A DNA stretch of 64,000 nucleotides, from the NCBI GenBank assembly GCA_030390025.1, contig CM059432.1, forward strand, positions 121,894,001 to 121,958,000, given 5' to 3'. Position numbers and translations under genes: made by a program. Under the pieces are notes generated by a model, which saw only the letters and a program-made list of their open reading frames with translations, searched no databases and was not told the DNA's origin. The DNA comes from Squalus acanthias. Its lineage: Eukaryota. How positions within the stretch are numbered: position 1 is the first letter of the stretch; each line of letters starts with the position of its first letter. Shown in pieces: positions 32,311 to 45,449 of this stretch.

Positions 32311-34656
32311 TTGGATTGATAATTGATAGATATTTATATATTAATAAATGTTGTCACTTAAGTAAATTGATAAATAGTTTTTTTTCTTATTTTACCATTC
32401 ACACGAGATATGGGAGTAGCTAAAGGAAGTTGCCTGTTAGCAAGCAGCTGCTGTGTAGAAAATAAAGGGAGATAAATCATGATAAAGAATGAATTGAAAA
32501 TATATGTATGTATATATAAGTACGGTGAACAAGCAGGAACTTCGTCATAACACTATTTATACTTAAAAGGCAAGCTCGCCTAACAATACACTACAAACCT
32601 TTTAAGCAGGATACTGTTTCTGAAGTTTGACACTGCCTTGCTAACTACAACCCAAACCCACACTACTTCCATTATAAGCTGCCAATCAAATTATATGGTT
32701 ATATAGCTGAATATACACAGTGTAAGACAAATACTGTTGCCCCAGTATGATCACGATTTTATCCACTGACCGTTGGTCTGTCCATTTTACCTCAAGCCAC
32801 TAGCTCCAGCAGTATTCTAGCTATCTATCTGTAATGTCTGCACTGAGGAGCTCCCAAGAGACCAGATGACAGAAATCGTTGAGTCATCTACAAATCTTTA
32901 TCCTCCCAGTCTAATTCCCTTGTTGCTTTACCTTTACTCCTTCTCGTTCCTTTTTTCTGACATGATAAATGAAGCAAATACCAAAGAATGTTCTTTATCT
33001 CTTTGGCAAAAGCTTCTCTTGAATGCTGACAGCAATTACTGCCCCTGCTTCATAATGTACTGATGCAAGACAGATTATTTTTCTTTTTTTCTTCTTTTTT
33101 ATTATCGCGGCTGAATTATTCAGCAGTGCCCATGAGCAAAAATAAAAGCAATGGCTTGAAAATATTATATTTAGGTTTCCTTGTTGACTGCTTCGGCAAT
33201 GATTATCTAAGGCAGCTCTTTAGTATTTCTGACAAGAAGAATGCAATGTCCCTAACCAGCTGCAATTAGAAACCGGGAGGATTCGATAATGTGCTAAATC
33301 TCAGCACAGCTGCATTCACAGCCCCATCGCAACCTCTGCTTATCTGCAATATCTTTCTAATGACATAAAGGACATTTTTAGTTTTATTATAGTGGGAAAT
33401 CTAGATTGATACTTTAATGTAATTTACTTGTTGTAAATGTTCTGGTACGGAGGCCTATTTGTTCTTATTATTGTCTGTCTTTTATAAGTGCTTTACACAC
33501 ACACACACACACATATATATTCTTTTTATTTTGAAAGTGCATTAGATAATTAGTGATGGAATGATTTGGGTCGGTACGTATTTAAAATACTTTCGAGAGC
33601 AATTTTATACATAAATGCACCTAAATGTCTCCTCATGCCACTGCGAAAAGTCACGGCCCCAGGTTTTGAATAGCTTAGAGCTGAGGTACATAAGCATTTA
33701 AGGATATTGCCCATGCAGAAAAAGATAATTAACATACCTAGCTAATTAGTCCCACAGCATTGAACAATAAAGTATTAGCAGCTGCCTTACGTGTCACGAG
33801 CTAATTAGCATTATTAAACTTCAGAAATAATTGTCTCGTTTGTTCTATGTCATAATACCATTCCTTAATTGTGCATTGGAGATCACCAGTTATAAATGGT
33901 GGCTCAGATTGCACTTGTCTGCTTGCTTTCTGATGAGAGGATCGTAAAAACCTTTGGAATTATACAAAGAATTGAGGCAACATTTAAGCAGAGAGGGATT
34001 AGAGTAGTTGCAATTATCTTCACATTAAAAAGTTTCATACTAACAGCTTTACAGCTTCAGCTATCAAGATGAGTTCATTTTAATTTGCGTTCCACTAGAT
34101 GTCATGTGACATTCCTTTCTGAGGATTCCCCATGTTAAATCATACTCAGTAGACAGTGATCTTTGAGAAACACAGCCTTCAGCACCAGGTCTAGTGCAAC
34201 TGGAGTTGAAAAGCTAAGAGCAATAATTGGGGCGAAAGTATGGAAATAAGTGACAAGGCTTTTTTAGAGATTGCAGTATCTTTCAAGATGCAGGAACGGG
34301 AGTACTGCTAATCATGCAGCGAGTTTTCTTGGTATCAATGTTTAATTAATGTTATCTACTTGTATCTGCTGACGTAAGAGTGAAGCATCTGGTAGATGGC
34401 ATTATCACTAATTTTGCGAGCGAACATTTTATTACCCATTCTAATGTGTTGCATTTTCCCTTATGGTACGTATTAACAATTTCTAATTGCACTATTGGGG
34501 GCCTCATGTATGATGTTTGTTGTTTGGCCTATCTCCCGGTGGAGGCAGCAATCTTTATACACGGATAACTGACGCAGTGCATTTGTTGACAGCACGTGCA
34601 GTTCAGCGATTCTGAAGCCCAGGAATTAATGAACATTGATGCAGAGTAGAATCATA

Positions 34657-35551
34657 GGGGTAAAAATTCAGTTGGTTGCGCCTCCCGTTAGCGCCTTAAG
34701 AGGGCGCTAATGGGGTGCAAAGCCGCTAACGCCCGGGCGCAGCGATGGTTGCGCCGCTCGGGAACTTAACTAGACATTGTGCGGCGGCGCTAAAACTTAC
34801 CGCTGCGACCACCTGCGCGCGCAGATTGTGACGTCATTCCATGGTGCAACGCCCTTGTGGTGCCCCGGAGCGGAAATTGAGTGGCGCCCCCTGCCTTACC
34901 GCCTGGCGCTTCCAACGACCAGAAGACTGGAACGCTATCAATCGCTGTGGGGCTGGTGGGGGGCGCTATTTAAAGGGGGCCTCTTCCTGTCTTTTATTGT
35001 TGGTGGCATTTTTGAACTACGCATTCTGAGAGAGAGGGAGAGAGACTTCTGGAGAGATTCAACGTTGTGTGAAGGAGTTTTGGGTACTGAGCAGCACTTT
35101 GCAGGTTCATTTTGATTTGCCATTCCTTGTATCGATTTAGCAGAGACTGTGGGAGCTGCACTCTGAGCTCTTTGCCTGGTACTCTCCATTGTTCTTTCCA
35201 GCACATTTGTTGTGCAAGTCTCTCCAGGCCAAGATTCAAGGCTGCAATGAACAGGATGTGGATGGAAAGCAAGATTAACCATCCCCTTTAAGAACTGGCC
35301 CGTGCCATTGTGTGTGTGTTCCATTGCTGACTGACATTACATGAGCTTCGCCAGCGCTCTGAGTTAGCGCCTCACTGCTCGGCCTTTGCGCCTTAAGACA
35401 GGTGTGCAGCGCCTGCTTTAGCGCTCCACTCACCTCCCGGGGCGGTAAAAGTGAAGTTTCCAATCAGTGCCGATAATTAGCGCCAGGCGCTAATATTTGC
35501 GTCCAGACGATATTTGCGCCCCAAATGGGGCGCGAGCCTAATTTCTACCCC
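34657..35551 (-). mobile_element. Non-autonomous Harbinger element, copy 3 (chimeric ends)
   Basis: TIRs GGGGTAAAAATT / AATTTCTACCCC, TSD ATA; the ends match 2706-6994 while the core matches 939-1831. Confidence 0.93.
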
Positions 35552-36460
35552 ATAGAATCATAGAATGGTTACAACATGGAAGGAGGTCATTCAGCTCGTC
35601 GAGCCCGTGCCAGCTCTCTGTAAGAGCACTTCAGCTAGTCCCACTTCCCCGCCCTTTCCCCGTAGCCCTGCAAATTATTTTCCTTCAGGTACTTATCCAA
35701 CTGCCTTTTGAAAGCTGTGATTGAGTCTGCCTCCACTACCCTTTCAGGCAGTGCTTTCCAGATCCTAACCACTCGCTGAGTAAAAAGTTTTTCCTCATGT
35801 CGCCTTTGATTCTTCTGCCAATTACCCTAAATCTGTGTTCTCTGGTTTTCAACCCTTCCGAAATTTGGGAACAGTTTCTCTCTATCTACTCTGTCCAGAC
35901 CCCTCATGATTTTGAACACCTCTATAAAATCTCCTCTCAATCTTTTCTGATCTAAGGAGAACAACCGCAGCTTCTCCAGTCTATCCACGTAACTGAAGTC
36001 CCTCATCCCTAGAATCATTCTCGTAAATCTTTTCTGCACCATCTCTAAGGCCTTCACATCCTTCCTAAAGTGCAGTGCCCAGAATTGGACACAATACTCC
36101 AGTTGAGGTCGAACCAGTGTTTTATACAGGTTCATTATAACTTCCTTGCTTTTGTACTCTATACCTCCATTCATGAAGCCCAGGATCCCGTAAGCTTTTT
36201 TAACCGCCTTCTCAACCTGCCCTGCCACCTTCAACGATTTGTGCACATATACCCTCAGGTCTCTCTGTTTATGCACCCCCTTTAGGATTGTACCCTTTAG
36301 TTTATATTTCCTCTCTTCATTCTTTCTACCAAAATGTATCACTTCGCACTTTTCTGCATTAAATGTCATCTGCCACGTGGCCGCCCATTCCACCAGCCTA
36401 TCTATGTCTTCCTGAAGTCTATCACTATCCTCCTCACTGTTCACTATACCTCCAAGTTTT
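35552..36460 (-). mobile_element. CR1 LINE 3' fragment
   Basis: 205-aa [37 protein letters not shown]; (TAGAATCA)n tail split by the MITE. Confidence 0.92.
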
Positions 36461-37141
36461 GTAATTGCTGCTCTCCCTCAGCTGGACTTTTAAAAATATG
36501 TTGGCTTACAACAGCATCATGGGAGCCTGGAACTTTGCGAGCCTATAAATGATTTTTTTAAATCTAGGTATTGTGGTAAGTTGTCTCGTTTTCTTTGCTT
36601 TCTAATATTTCTCTACCCATTTTCTCTCCTCCCTTTATGAAGGTGTTGACTCCTTGCCGGGATACAACTCCACAGGCACCAGGTGCCCTTAAGTATCTCT
36701 CCCAGATGGCCACTGGTCATCAAGGAGCCTTGACAGGGATTATCTGAAGGCAATTCGAATGCACCACAGTCAAATCCGATCCTGTCCTTACTTGATAACC
36801 ATGCGTATGCACTTCCAGTAAGAGCCAATGGATAGTGATTAGAAGTGGGATCCCTAACTGAGTATCCCCTTCCTAACCAATTATAGCATCCTAACTGTAA
36901 ACCAGCTGACATCAGCTAATCCAACACAAACTGGGGAAAGAACATGGGAGCTTTCTGGTCTTCATAGTTCACCTATTCACTGCCTAAATACGTTGAGTTC
37001 ATTTGGGAGCCATAGTAAAATGATTGTGTGTGAATATATAATATTAGGATGCATACCAAATTAAAAATGTAACAGGCTTCACTCTGCAACTATAGCCATG
37101 CTTGTCATAATGAAATAAATCATTGTTCAAATTTTTCTATT

Positions 37142-37906
37142 GGGCCAAAAATTCAGCACTTGCCAGGTGAGTACGCACTGTGTACTCACCCGTAAGGCCG
37201 CCTGAAGTGCCGGTTTCCTGCATGCACTGCGCATGTGCGGGAAACCGGAACTTCCGGTCTCGTGAAGGGAGCGGTTCAGAGGTGAACCGCTGTGCGCGGT
37301 AGAGGCTGTGCGCATGCAGCAAACTTAGGTTTTTTTTCAGGTTTCTCCGAGAGGGTAAGTATTGAAGAACCTGCGCTTTTAAAAAGGAGGCGCAGGACCC
37401 GTTTTCAACAAGGTAAGTGGTTAATTAATTATAATTTGAAAAAATTTTCAACAGGTTTATCTTTTTTAGATACTTTAAAGAAAGGTAAGTTTATTTTTAG
37501 CAGTGTTAAAAAGTATTTTACTTTTTTCAAAAATGTAAATTTTTGTTTAAAGTAGTTAATTTATTTAACTTATAGTTATTTTAAAAATGTGATGGTTTTT
37601 TTTTAAAATTTATTTGAAGTTTAGCTGTTCTTTTGGGGCCGATTTCAATTCATAGATTTGACAGGTCCTGTCAAATCTATGAATGAAAGATGGTCTGCTG
37701 CCATTGGCTCTCCGTGGCCCACGTGATCCCAGGGGACGCATCGCACTAACTACGCCCCTGGGACACGCAAGCACTGTGCGCAGGCAGTTGGAGCAGGCCC
37801 AGGAGCTGAAGTCCCCGTGGGCCAGAAGCAGAACGGCAGACGCGGTAGGTAAGTGCGCGCACGATCCTTACCCCCGCGGCAAGCCGGAGAGGCGAATTTC
37901 TGGGCC
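37142..37906 (+). mobile_element. 765-bp Harbinger-type MITE, family 2, copy 1
   Basis: TIRs GGGCCAAAAATTC / GAATTTCTGGGCC, TSD ATT; colinear with 44185-44945. Confidence 0.88.
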
Positions 37907-38932
37907 ATTGACTTTTAAACCACGGGGGTTAAAGGGTTTCTGCAAAGATAATTAAACAAAGGTAATAAAGAAACATATAGCAGTGTGGATGCAAAATTTT
38001 TGGGGGGATTTGGCTTTCAAATGTCTTGACTACCAAGCTCCCTAGCCACCAGGGAATGGAGATGCTGTCCTCTGCCCTACCATCACCCACATTATACGAT
38101 TAGTGAAAAACGATGAATACTGGAATTGGATGTACACACAGCTCCCCCAGCCCCCCCAAAAAAACCTTTTAAAATCACCAATGCTATCAGATTTTTTAAA
38201 AAGACATATTCTACCTCTAAGCTACTAAGGCAAATGTACATATATTTGGACTGCCAGCAATCACACGTCCACTGCAAACTCACCAGTCTGACAGAATTAA
38301 TTCAAAACTGCTCACTTCTAGACCCTCACACTTTGCAATTTGGTTCTAATACACACTGCAGCCACCAATTTCAGTTCTGTTCTTTTGCCTAATAACTTTT
38401 TTATGGAATATAAAAGAGCTGAAAATAATAACATGCAAATGTAGCACGTCTTAAAATTAATATCTGTCTTTTGCCCATAGACTTTGAGACCTTGCATTAA
38501 AATGGAACATTAAAAATCCTCATTTAAACAGCTTACATGTCAGACTTGGCAAAGATGAAGGCAAAAGTTAATGCCAAAAACCATCTAATTTCCAAGGATA
38601 GGGGGTCAGATCACAGAGCATTGGTTACAAGCATTCAAACAACAGAGTTCCCAACATATCAGTTACATGTGTACCAATGTCATGGTGTAATGTTTGAAAA
38701 TACAGTTTCACAGGAAACATTATCCTCAGATCAAGTTCTTTGCTGTTGGACTGAGGTTTCTGTGGAATAGGTTTAAATGTTGACGATACATTGGAATTCT
38801 GTGCTTGAATCCAATGTATATTTAACATGTTCAACCTTTGAAAACTGAATATGCTTTGCAACTCCTTCACCTTTAAAAAACACTTTTTTATTACTGTCAA
38901 AAATAAAATTCACTGTTTCCCCCAGAAACAGT

Positions 38933-40830
38933 GGGGTAAATTTTAGCCCCGATATTTATGGGGAGGCGGGGAGGGAGCAGGGTAGCGCAGTTGCGGGGGG
39001 GGGGGGGGATCCCGGAAATCCCGGGGATGCGGAGGTCCTGCCGGATTTAATGCCAGGACCATATTATCATTTTTTAATTCCATTTCCCGTCAGGCAGAGA
39101 GCCAGATTGGCAGGCTGGCCAGCTGTCGGGCGCGAAAGCCAGCAGTAGAAGGTTGCAGCCGGGGTCCCTTGGGGACAGTCCCCAACAATCGGGAAAGAAC
39201 AGGGCATGGTGTGGGGGTGGGGGGGGGGCCTCGGAGCATGGCAGCAAGGAGGGCGGGCGGGAGGGAGGGTAAGATCGAGGCGTGGTGTGGGGTGGGGGCT
39301 GTCGGCAGATTGCGGGGAGGGAGGCAAAGATCGCGGGTAGGTTTGCTAGGTCATGCTTAACGTACCTAATTGAATTTTTTGAGGAAGTAACTAAACTAGT
39401 AGACAGGGGAATGTCTATGGATCTAGTTTATATGGACTTCCAGAAGGCATAGAATATACAGCACAGAAAAAGGCCATTCGGCCCAACCAGTCCATGATGG
39501 TTTTTATGCTTCACTTGAGCCTCCTCCCATCCTTCCTCATCTAACTCTATCACCATAACCCTCTATTCCCTTCTTCCTCATATGCTTATATTGCTTCCCC
39601 TTAAATGCATCTATACTATTCACCTCAACCACTCCCTGTGGCAGCAAGTTCCACATTCTCAACACTCCTTGGTTAAAGAAGTTTCTTCTGAATTCCCTAT
39701 TGGATTTCTTGGTGACTATTTTATATTGATGGCCTCCAGTTTTGCTCTTCCCCATAAGTGGAAACACTCTCTCTCTGTCTACTCTACCAAAACCTTTCCT
39801 AATTTTAAAGACCTCTATTCGGTCACCCCTCAGCCTTCTCTTTTTAAGAGGAAAGAGATAAAGAGAAAAGAGAATGTTAGCCTTTACATTTAGAGGGCTT
39901 GAATATAAAGGGGAGGAAGGTTTCCTACAGCTATACAAAGCCCTGGTTAGACCAGATCTGGAGTGCTGTGTACAGTTCTGGGCACCGCACCTTAGAAAGG
40001 ATATATTGACCTTGGAGGGAGCGCAGTGCAGATTCTCCAGAATGTTACCAGGGCTCCAAGGGTTAGATTATGAGGAGAGATTACATAAACTAGGCTTGTA
40101 TTCCCTGGAATATAGAAGGTTAAGGGGGCTGATTGATTTTAGGAATTTGATAGGAATTGGTAGGGTACATAGAGAGAAACTTTTTCCACTGGTGGGGGAG
40201 TTTAGGACAAGGGGACATAACCTTAAAATCAGAGCCAGGCCATTGCGGAGAGAAGTTAGGAAATACTTCTTCACATAGTTTGGTGGAAGTGTGGAACTCT
40301 CTCCCACAAAAAGCAGTCGTTGCTAGCGCAATGAATAAATTTAAACTGAGATCCATAGATTTTTGCTAGCCAAGGGTATTAAGAGAAGGAGTTAGGATAC
40401 AGATCCGCCATGATCTCATTGAGTGCCGAATAGGCTCGAGAAGCTGAATGGTCTACTACTGTTCCTATGCTCCTCTGTTGAGGAGTGTTGGAGAAATCCT
40501 GCTCCTCCTGGCTCACAAGCAGTGCTATTAAAAGCACTTACCTGCTTGATCTGGCTGCTCCCGTCTCCATTTAGCTGCCGGGTTTCCTGAGCCCTGGGAA
40601 ACCCGGCTGGCTAACGTTAAATTTAAATCCGGCTCCAAAACTGCATTGTGGGAGTCTGATTTAAATATTAGAAAGAACTGTTCTGCCTCTCATGAGCTAC
40701 ACAACCTGCCGGATTAAAAATGGCGGCAGGTGCGTACGCGGCAGGTTGAGGCCACGTTACACGATTTAACATTTTTATCCTCCCCCCAACCCTCTCCTGC
40801 CCATCGTGGGCAGGGTTAATAGTGACCCCT
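38933..40830. mobile_element. Probable GC-rich Harbinger-type MITE split by CR1 fragments (~39345-40472, including an inverted CR1 3' piece at ~39451-39860)
   Basis: Ends GGGGTAAATTTTAGCCC / GGGTTAATAGTGACCCC; internal CR1 peptides LYKALVRPDLECCVQFWAP and RRNFFNQGVLRMWN. Confidence 0.6.
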
Positions 40831-42656
40831 TTGTCTTTATGCATTAATATAAAATGGATGATAGCAAATCAGCAGCGTGTTTTACACGCCTCCCGAGTGA
40901 CTTCAACTGAAAATCGGGAGAGATGTAAACCAAGCCACCGACTCGCTATCACCCGTTTCACACTATCGAACAAAGTCAAAATCTACCCCAGTGAGTTTAT
41001 CCGGTGAATACATTTGCCTTATAAACTAAGACAGTCGCAGGCTCCACACTAAGTCTGTGCTCAATAATATTGATTGCTATAAAGTGGATCAAGAGAACAG
41101 CACAGATTTAAAGCAGATTTATTCATAATTCAGACAAAATGAAAAAAGAAAAATGTTTGAATTTTGTACTATTGGTGCAAAAATGCTTGTATAGTTGCCA
41201 AAGATTTAGGAAGGATTGAAAAGATATATAATTATCATACGGCAAAATATTCTTCTCTTTTTCTTCTTTAAAAGGATAATCTTATGTGCCAAGTTAAAAG
41301 TGATGTGCTTTGATTTTCCCAACTCATTTTGTGCTGATCTGTCATGATTATCATGATTTCTGGTTGTCATAAAAGAGACTAATACATTATATGATTATTA
41401 TTGGTTTTATTTCTGTGATAGTTCATGAGATAAATGATACCCATCAATGATGATAAGGCAATAATAAATTTAGTTGATATCGCAAAGCATGTGACCAAAT
41501 TTCAAATGGTTTATAACTGCCATTTGAACCAAAATTAGATTCTATCTTTGAAATATAGGGCTAGGAATTACTTTTGGCAATATTAGTCAATGAACTCTAA
41601 GTACATCTATAAAGCATTATCACTTTTCTCGCCTGCTAGTTTAATGCTATTTAAGATAAATGGGTTAACAGCTCCATTAAAAAGGCATTGACAGAATTGT
41701 CCTACAAATCTCTTAAGTGTTTGTCTGCTATTATTGGGGACAATAATTACTAACTTATAATTCTCTGGTATCTAACCTTTTATGGGGTGCCGTGTAGTTT
41801 CATTTGGATGGGTGAAGTTTCCACATGAGCTAACCCTTTTAATTTGACTCAATTTTTATTCTGGTGTTGGCTGCCAGTGTTAATCACTAACCGTGCACTC
41901 TCTTTGCTTCATATATGATGGTGCTCGCACAGGGGCATTAACACATTCGCACAAACTTGGCAAGAATTTAGCTATGGTTGATTACCAAGAGAATGATGTT
42001 AGATAATGGATAGTGAAAAATGTGTATTGCTGAAACAGAGGCCTAAAAATTGGAGGTTTTAGCGCCGGCCGTTAAGGCCCGTTTTGGTGAAAAGGATGGC
42101 AGCCGCCTCACTCGCGCCTGCTTCCGGCGGGTCCCGCAGTGACCGCCATTTTCGGCAGGTCAGCAGTGCTGCTGTTGCCTGCGCTCGCGGCAGGTATTTT
42201 CATTAGCAGGAGCGTGACGTCAATTGGCGTGCAGTGCCGAATTGATGCACGCTTATCTATTTTGGAGCTCACCACTCCTCTTACCGCCCTCTCCAAAACA
42301 CGCCCGTGCGGCAGCGGTTGACAGCGTGGAGAGGCGGGAGAAAGCGGAGGTGAGCTATAACCCGTACAGTAAACAGCTTCTGGGATAACAGTTAACTATG
42401 GAAAGCTATTGGAGTGAAAACTGCTTCCAGTGAGATGCATCAAATCTCCCCCCTGTTCAGTCAAACATTATAGGAGGTAAATACTTTTAAAATAAACTAT
42501 ACTGTACTACAGTTCTAATAAGCTCAAGAAAAAATCAGAGCTGCATTTCCTTAAATTTTATACATTGGGGTTTTCTAGTTTAGGAACTGATAAAATAATA
42601 AGCAAAGTTTGGAAGTCTGTTTTTAAAAGGATTAACAGCATATTCTCACCAAGAGC

Positions 42657-44072
42657 TATAGAATCATAGAATGGTTACCGCACAGAAGGAGGCCATTCGG
42701 CCCGTCGAGCCCGTGCCGGCTCTCTGCAATAGCACTTCAGCTAGTCCCACCCCCCCACTGCCCTTTCCCCGTAGCCCTGCAAATGTTTTGCCTTCAGGTA
42801 CTTATCCAATTCCCTTTTGAAAGCCCCAATTGAGTCTGCCTCCACCACCCTTTCAGGTAGTGCATTCCAGATCTTAACCATTCACGCGTAAAAAGGTTTT
42901 TCCTCATGTCGCCTTTGGTTCTTTTGACAACCAACTTATACCTGTGTCCTCTGGTTCTCAACCCTTCCGCCAATGGGAGGAGTTTCTCTCTATCTACTCT
43001 GTCCAGACCCCTCATGATTTTGAACACCTCTATCAAATCTCCTCTCAACCTTCTCTGCTCTAAGGAGAACAACTCCAGCTTCTCCAGTCTATCCACATAA
43101 CTGAAGTCCCTCATCCCTTCAACCATTCTCGTAAATCTTTTCTGCACCCTCTCTAAGGCCTTCACATCCTTCCTAAAGTGCGGTGCCCAGAATTGGACAC
43201 AATACTCCAGTTGAGGCCGAACCAGTGTTTTATAAAGGTTCATCATAACTTCTTTGCTTTTGTACTCTATTTATGAAGCCCAGGATCCCGTATGCTTTTT
43301 TAACCGCTTTCTCAACCTGCCCTGCCACCTTCAATGATTTGTGCCCATATACCCTCAGGTCTCTCTGTTCATGCACCCACTTTAGGATTGTACCCTTTAG
43401 TTTATATTGCCTCTCCTCATTCTTCCTACCAAAATGTATCACTTCACACTTTTCTGCGTTAAATTTCATCTGCCATGTGTCCTCCCATTCCACCAGCCTG
43501 TCTATGTCCTCTTGAAGTCTATCACTATCCTCCTCACTGTTCACTATACTTCCAAGTATTGTGTCATCTGCAAATTTTGAAATAGTGCCCGGTACACCCA
43601 AGTCCAAGTCATTAATATATATCAAGAAAAGCAGTGGTCCCAGTACCCCTGGGGAATACCACTGTATACCTTCCTCCAGTCCGAAAAACAACCGTTCACC
43701 ACGACTCTCTGTTTCCTGTCACTTTGCCAATTTCGTAACCATGCTGCCACTGTCCCTTTTATTCCATGGGCTTCAACTTTGCTGGTAAGCCTATTATGTG
43801 GCACTTTATCAAACGCCTTTTTGAAGACATGTACACCACATCAACCACATTGCCCTAATCAACCCTCTCTGTCACCTCATCAAGAAACTCGATCAAGTTA
43901 GTTAAACACGATTTGCCTTTAGCAAATCCGAGCTGGCTTTCCTTATTTAATCCACACTTGTCCAAGTGACTGTTAATTTTGTCCCGGACTATCATTTCTA
44001 AAAGTTTCCCCACTACCGAGGTTAAACTGACTGGCCTGTGGTTACTGGGTTTATCCTTACACCCTTTTCTTC
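42657..44072 (-). mobile_element. CR1 LINE 3' fragment
   Basis: [49 protein letters not shown]1 3' UTR and tail. Confidence 0.92.
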
Positions 44073-44184
44073 AAAAGTCTGCTGTTGTTATAAATTTAAT
44101 TAAACTCTCTTCTGCACCATTTACACCAGTAAACTCCTGACCAAGAGGTTCATGTTCCCCTTTTCAAAGTTTATTTCCATTAAT

Positions 44185-44945
44185 GGCCCAAAAATTCGGC
44201 CGAATACGGGAGAGTACCCGCTGCGTACTCACCCGTATTTGGTCCCGAAGTGCCGGTTTCCTGCATGCACTGCGCATGCGCAGGAAACCGGCACTTCCGG
44301 TATGGCGAAGGGGGCGGTTCCTAGGTGAACCACGTGTGCACTAGAGGCTGCACGCACGCAGCACACTTAGGTTTTTTTCAGGTTTCAACGCGAGGGTAAG
44401 TATGGAAGATTTTACACAAGTAAAAAGGAGGCGTAAGACCCCTTTTGAACAAGGTAATAGTTAATTAAGTATAATTTAAATTTTTTTTTAACAGGTTTAT
44501 CTTTTTTAGAGACTTTAAAGAAAGGTAAGTTTATTTTTATAACTTAAAAAGAATTTACATTTTTTCAAAAATTTAAATTTTTGTTTAAAGTGGTTAATTT
44601 ATTTAACTATAGTTATTTTATTAATGTGATGGGGTTTTTTTTAAATTTATTTGAGGTTTAGCTGTTCTTTTGGGGGCGATTTGTATTCATAGATTTGACA
44701 GGTCTCCTGTCAAATCTATGAATGAAAGATGGTCTGCTGCCATTGGCTCTCCATGGCCCACGTGATCCCAGGAGTCGCATCGCACTAACTGCGCCCCTGG
44801 GACACGCAAGCACTGCGCGCCGACACCAGGGAGAGGCCCAGGACCCGAAGTTCCTGTGGGCCTGAAACACAACGGCAGGCGCGGTAGGTAAGAGCGCACG
44901 CGATCCTTACCCCCGCGGCAAGCCGGCCACCCGAATTTCTAGGCC
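44185..44945 (+). mobile_element. Harbinger-type MITE, family 2, copy 2
   Basis: TIRs GGCCCAAAAATTCGG / CCGAATTTCTAGGCC, TSD AAT. Confidence 0.88.
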
Positions 44946-44990
44946 AATGTCTCATGCAACGGTTTAAGGACATCTGTGCCGCAGTCTTTA

Positions 44991-45449
44991 TGTGGTTCAG
45001 TTGATAGCACCTTAATCTTTGTGTCATGAAGTTTGTGGGTTCAAGTCCCACTCCAGAGACTCGAACACAAAAACAAAATCCAGGCTGACACTCCAGTGGA
45101 GTGCTGCACTGTCAGAGAGTGCCGCCTTTCAGATGAGATGTAAAACCGAGACCTCGTCTGCTCTCTCAGGTGGACGCAAAAGATCCCATGACACTTTTTC
45201 GAAGAAGAGCAGGGAGTTATCCCCGGTGTTCTGGCCAATATTTATCCCTCAATCAACATCGCTAAAATAAATTATCTGATCTTTATCACACTGCTGTTTG
45301 TGGGAGCTTACTGTGCGCAAATTGGCTGTTGCGTTTCCTACATTACAACAGTGACTACACTTCAAAAAGTACTTCATTGGCTGTAAAGCGCCTTGGGAAG
45401 TCTGGTGGTCGTGAAAGGCGCTATATAAATGCAAGTCTTTCTTTTCTTT
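44991..45449 (+). mobile_element. tRNA-derived Deu-domain SINE (SacSINE1/AmnSINE-like) with L2-type tail
   Basis: Box A/B-like head (TGGTTCAGTTG..GGTTCAAGTCC), Deu-like core (CAGATGAGA..TCAGGTGGAC..AAAAGATCCCATG..GAAGAGCAGGG), tail TGTAAAGCGCCTTGGG..GGCGCTATATAAATGCAAG. Confidence 0.8.

Noticed and set aside
42040..42452. Further MITE (GGCCTAAAAATT ... AAATCTCCCCC, CRE at 42215)
   Set aside because: Plausible, but no TSD or second copy in the window, so not listed as a feature.
44991..45062. tRNA gene
   Set aside because: Degenerate tRNA-like head continuous with the SINE body; no complete cloverleaf.
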